Origin: Octopus sinensis
Taxonomy: Eukaryota
DNA: 23,505 nucleotides
NCBI RefSeq assembly: GCF_006345805.1
Contig: NW_021836594.1
Location: 1-23,505, forward strand
Direction of reading: 5' to 3'
Shown: piece after piece, positions 19,247-23,505 of the stretch
How positions within the stretch are numbered: position 1 is the first letter of the stretch
How the letters are laid out: every line of letters begins with the position of its first letter
Position numbers and translations under genes: made by a program
The notes under the pieces: generated by a model
The model's database searches: none
What the model was told of the DNA's origin: nothing
The model's input: the letters and a program-made list of their open reading frames with translations, nothing else

Positions 19247-20404
19247 GTACATAAAAAAGTGTACATAAAAGAGTAATGTTGTATAATAAGTAGAATATAT
19301 ATAAAAGAGAATATAAATATAAGTAAATATAAATATAAGTATAGATTACATCTTACAGCTGTTTCGGCCATGTAGATAAGTATGTCTCATTTTACCAATA
19401 TTAGCCTTTTATGGTAGGTCAATATATAGATATAAATGAGACATTTACAAAAATATCACAAGGCCTCTTCGGAGATTATGTAATATAAATCAGTCTACAT
19501 GGGTGTGGGTGCATACCCATAATACAACATATACATATACATATGAGTGCATATACTCACACTCTTATACATATAAAAATATACATATACATAATGATAT
19601 AAATAAATAATATAAATTAGTAAACATATATATGTGTTCCACATTCAATGTCTTAGTTTTTCGACTTAATATTGTGATAATAAACATACACAAATTAGTA
19701 CCTAGATGAAAATATACATAGTCAATAGAACATTATATTACTTCATACTAATTTCTAAAGTGTCATTAAAGTTAGCATCATTATCGTTGTCAATACCATT
19801 AATGTTACCATTATTATCATTCATAATATTATTAATAACGCTTACATTAGGATCCAGAGCGGTATATATGTATGTCCGGGTTCCAGTTAGTAATTTTCTT
19901 TATGACATAAATACAATATTGGATTTGAATTTAAAATTATCATTATCTTCCTCACGGTTGGTCAATTGAGAGCCGCCCGACCTCCACCACATCGCACAAG
20001 CAAAACATACACATCCACATCTAACCCTAAACCCACACATCCACACAGAAACTCACACACACATGCACACACACATGAATACACTCCGACACATCTCTAC
20101 ACATTCACTAAATTGCAGAGTGCATGTCTGTCGGTAAAATGAGACATACTTATCTACATGGCCGAAACAGCTGTAAGATGTAATCTATACTTATATTTAC
20201 TTATATTTATATTCTCTTTTATATATATTCTACTTATTATACAACATTACTCTTTTATGTACATTCCTTTATGTACACTGATTTGTTCTGCTTTTTATAT
20301 TTAACCCTACAGTCTCTTATGTGGTGGTTTAATAAAGTATGTGATTGAGTATTATCTGGTACTTGATATTTGATTAAGATGTATTTCTCCATTTTCTTAT
20401 CTTG
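19247..20404. mobile_element. Penelope-like remnant with an inverted pseudo-LTR duplication
   Basis: Arms 19261-19396 and 20133-20262 are reverse complements; the left arm belongs to a minus-strand hammerhead; flanked by (TA)-rich sequence. Confidence 0.6.
19345..19485 (-). ncRNA. Hammerhead ribozyme motif with an extended stem II
   Basis: Minus strand ATCT-CCGAAGA-GGCC...(inner stem ATGTCTCATTT/AAATGAGACAT)...GGCC-GAAAC-AGCT-GTA-AGAT. Confidence 0.6.
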
Positions 20405-20438
20405 TATATATATATATGTATAAATATATATATACACG

Positions 20439-20844
20439 CTCTTTTACTTGTTTCAGTCATTTGACTGTAGCCATACTGGAGCACCGCCTTTGGACAAGCA
20501 AAACGACCCCACGACTTATTCTTTGGAAGCCTAGTACTTATTCTATCGGTGTCTTTTGCCGAACCGCTAGTTTACGGGGACGTAAACACACCACCATCGG
20601 TTGTCAAGCGATATTGGGGAGACAAACGCAGACACACAAACATATAAACACATACATATGTATATATATATGTATATATATATATACATATATACAACGG
20701 GCTTCTTTCAGTTTCCGTCACAAGGCTTTAGTCGACTCGAGGCTAGAGTAGAAGACATTTGCACAAGATGCCACGCAGTGGGAATGAACCCGGAACCATG
20801 TGGTTGGTAAGCAACCTACTTACCACACAGCCACTCCTGAGCCT
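20439..20844 (-). mobile_element. SINE-A, full length
   Basis: Head AGGCTCAGGAGTGGCTGTGTGG, internal microsatellite about 20625-20694, tail GTAAAAGAG. Confidence 0.92.
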
Positions 20845-20855
20845 ATATATATATG

Positions 20856-20890
<35 letters not shown>

Positions 20891-20936
20891 GTAGGTTTTG
20901 TAGAAAAAACAAGTTGAAATCAATATATACGTATAT

Positions 20937-21100
20937 AGCGCAAGCATGGAAGTGCGGTAAGAAACTTGCTTCTCGACGACATGGTTCCTGGTTCAGTCCC
21001 TCCGCATGGTACTTTGGACAAGGTGCTACTATATAGCCTCGGACCGACCAAAGCCTTGTGAGTGAATTTAATAGACGGAAAGTGGAAAAAGCCCATCGTA
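20937..21100 (+). mobile_element. SINE-A 5' half, diverged
   Basis: B-box GGTTCAGTCCC and GGTACTTTGGACAAGGTG...AGACGGAAAGTGGAAAAAGCCCATCG; the 3' half is missing after the microsatellite. Confidence 0.85.
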
Positions 21101-21133
21101 TATGTGTGTGTACGTGCACGCGCGTGTGTACGT

Positions 21134-21168
<35 letters not shown>

Positions 21169-21210
21169 TATATTTGCTACACACTACTTTCCATCCTTAA
21201 TATATATATA

Positions 21211-21426
21211 GCATTCAAAATGTGACCTCGTGTGTACCGTTGGCGATTTTTTTTCCTCTGTCTTCCCTTCTCTGGATCTTTCTTTCTCCTATGTTTCCGA
21301 CGAAGAGCTCCGCTCGAAACGTTAAACCTTCCTTCTTTCCTTCTTTCCTGAGCGTCCAATAATACTATATTTGTTGCACGTCCTCGCGTTGTTGTGTTTT
21401 TTTTTTGCTTTCTTGTTCGGATTAAC

Positions 21427-21427
<1 letters not shown>
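21211..21427 (+). mobile_element. Penelope-type pseudo-LTR-like unit P1 with a hammerhead motif, copy 2
   Basis: GTTT-CCGACGA-A-GAGCTCCGCTC-GAAACGTT-AAAC at 21293-21327; same ends as 9531-9734; followed by (TA)n(TG)n. Confidence 0.65.
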
Positions 21428-21511
<84 letters not shown>

Positions 21512-22112
21512 ATATAGTTTATATCCAGTTGAAAGAACAAGAGAAAATGGAGACAAAGGAAGTTAACAATTATTTATTAATAACAAATTCATCATCGCTT
21601 CTTACAGACGTTTGAATTAATATTCAATAATTTAATAACAAATTTGTACATTAAATACATTAGTATTTATGTGACATGAGCATAATTTCATCAGAGAAAA
21701 AAGATGTACCTTGGGATGTTATATGTGGACCTATCAATTCATTTCCGCAAAGATGAGCATTCTGTTAATAATAAATAAATTAACTTCCTTATCTCCATGT
21801 TCTTTTCTTCTTTTAACTGGATATAAGCTATATGCTCAATATATACCTATTGTTTTAAGGGAATTTCATTCCCCAACAATATTAGGCATCGAACCAGTAT
21901 TTCCTTGCATGCAACCATCCCTTCGTGAGGTTAACATATCCTCTGATTAAACGAAAATTTTAGAAAAATAAAAATAAGAAATAAGTGGAAATTTTACCGG
22001 TGCGTGTGCTAAATTATAAGGCACTAAAAGAGAATGACTCTCCCCAAACACAACAGAATATGCTTCAACACACGAACTCACACAAAGAATCTTGCAAACC
22101 AAAACCCAAAAC

Positions 22113-22390
22113 AAAATATGATGAAGCCTAGAGAAACACCCAAGTACCTCAATTTCATCTACTTATTAATTCAGTCTACTGGAAGAATAAAGGTAAAATG
22201 AGGTATTTTTACCGCTTGACTGAAACAGCTGTAAGATATTTTTCCCAATTTATATTTCCTGTATGTTATATTTTAATAATTACTGGTATCCTTATATATT
22301 AATATGTTTTTAAATGTAAAGCATAATATGTTATACATGTATGTATATTCTTGTAATTGCCATTTTAGTAAATAAATAAATAAGTTAACA
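22113..22390 (+). mobile_element. Decayed Penelope-type pseudo-LTR with a long-stem-II hammerhead remnant
   Basis: AAAATA-TGATGA...ACCTCAATTT/AAATGAGGT...GACT-GAAACAGCTGTA-AGATATTTT; same architecture as 19345-19485. Confidence 0.5.
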
Positions 22391-22749
22391 TAATATAATG
22401 TCTAAAAGTTGATGAACCACCTATTGATCCCCTCCATTTTCTTATTGCTCACCCCCTCTCTCTCTCTCTCGCTCTTTATATATAATATATATTATATATA
22501 TATATATATATTAATATGATATACACATATATATGTATGTATGCATACGTATATGTACATATTTACATGTATACGTATATGTTTGGTGTAGGCACAGGAC
22601 GTCACAAAACGAAACAACATAAAATACGAAATACGAATACATGGAATATGAACTTTCTTGGGAAACGAAGAACAAATGGAAAACAAGACAAACAACATAA
22701 AGAACGACCTTCTTCAGTTCTAGGCTTTTTTTTCTAATCCGTATTTCGA

Positions 22750-22764
22750 ATATATATATATATA

Positions 22765-22816
<52 letters not shown>

Positions 22817-23033
22817 TATATAATATATTATATTATATATATATGATATATATATAAAAAATATTATATTAGTATATATATAATATATTATATATATATT
22901 ATATATATATATAATATATTAATATATATATATATATGTATATAAAATATATATATATATCTAGTATTCTATAATATAATTATATATATATATATATATA
23001 TCTATATATATATATATATATATTATATATATT
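22750..23033. repeat. Degenerate (AT)n microsatellite
   Basis: Directly visible. Confidence 0.95.
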
Positions 23034-23188
23034 AGGAGTGACTGTATGGTAGTAGGTGTCTTTCCAACCACATGGTTCCGGTTCAGTCCCACTACGTGGC
23101 ACCTTGGGCAAGTGTCTGCTACTATAGCCTTGGACGCGACCAAAGCCTTGTGAGTGGATATGGTAGACGGAACTAAAAGAAGCCCGTC

Positions 23189-23220
<32 letters not shown>

Positions 23221-23499
23221 ATATATATATATTATATATATATGTATGTGTGTGTGTGTGTATGTGTGTGTGTTGTGTGTGCGTGCGTGTGTGTGTGTGT
23301 GTGTGTGTTTGTCTCCCCACTATCGCTTGACAACCAATGTTGGTGTGTCTACGTCTCACGTAACTTAGTGGTTCGGTATAAGAAACCGATAATAAGTACT
23401 AGGCTACAAAGAATAAGTTCTGGGGTTGATTTGTTCGACTAAGGTGTGCTCCAGCATGGCCGCAGTCAGATGATTGAAACAATGATAGAATAAAAGAAT
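23034..23499 (+). mobile_element. SINE-A, near full length, with an expanded internal microsatellite
   Basis: B-box GGTTCAGTCCC, GGCACCTTGGGCAAGTG, internal tract 23188-23308, tail CAGCATGGCCGCAGTCAGATGATTGAAAC. Confidence 0.92.
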
Positions 23500-23505
23500 A
23501 CATGC

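Noticed and set aside
19706-19969. 87-aa hydrophobic ORF inside the inverted-repeat spacer
   Set aside because: Low-complexity (ATT/ATC)-rich sequence with no motif support on either strand.
21895-21942. Upstream exon that would make a CUB-like peptide with 21710-21761
   Set aside because: The donor GTTCGA is poor and the phase is incompatible on recount.

Overview
Eukaryotic, AT-rich, microsatellite-dense DNA made mostly of decayed mobile elements; it is not prokaryotic and has no CRISPR array or intact transposase. From memory, the repeat repertoire looks like cephalopod (Octopus-type) DNA, which is an inference. Contents: two tRNA-derived SINE groups (called SINE-A and SINE-B here); the 3' ends of a CR1-group LINE and an R4/Dong LINE; six Tc1/mariner elements or derivatives plus a pogo-like MITE, several of them nested; two Helitron-like pieces; Penelope-like (PLE) remnants with GIY-YIG and YRDD fragments and several hammerhead-ribozyme (HHR) motifs; and a phase-compatible set of small plus-strand exons (17721-18234) that may be the 3' end of an unidentified host gene. 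Strongest observations: SINE-A shares its 3' tail with the CR1 LINE through a hairpin with compensatory changes; SINE-B2 copies are joined three times to the same internal site of other SINE-B copies; and a long-stem-II HHR element has a near-perfect 130-bp inverted duplication. All coordinates and alignments were done by eye.
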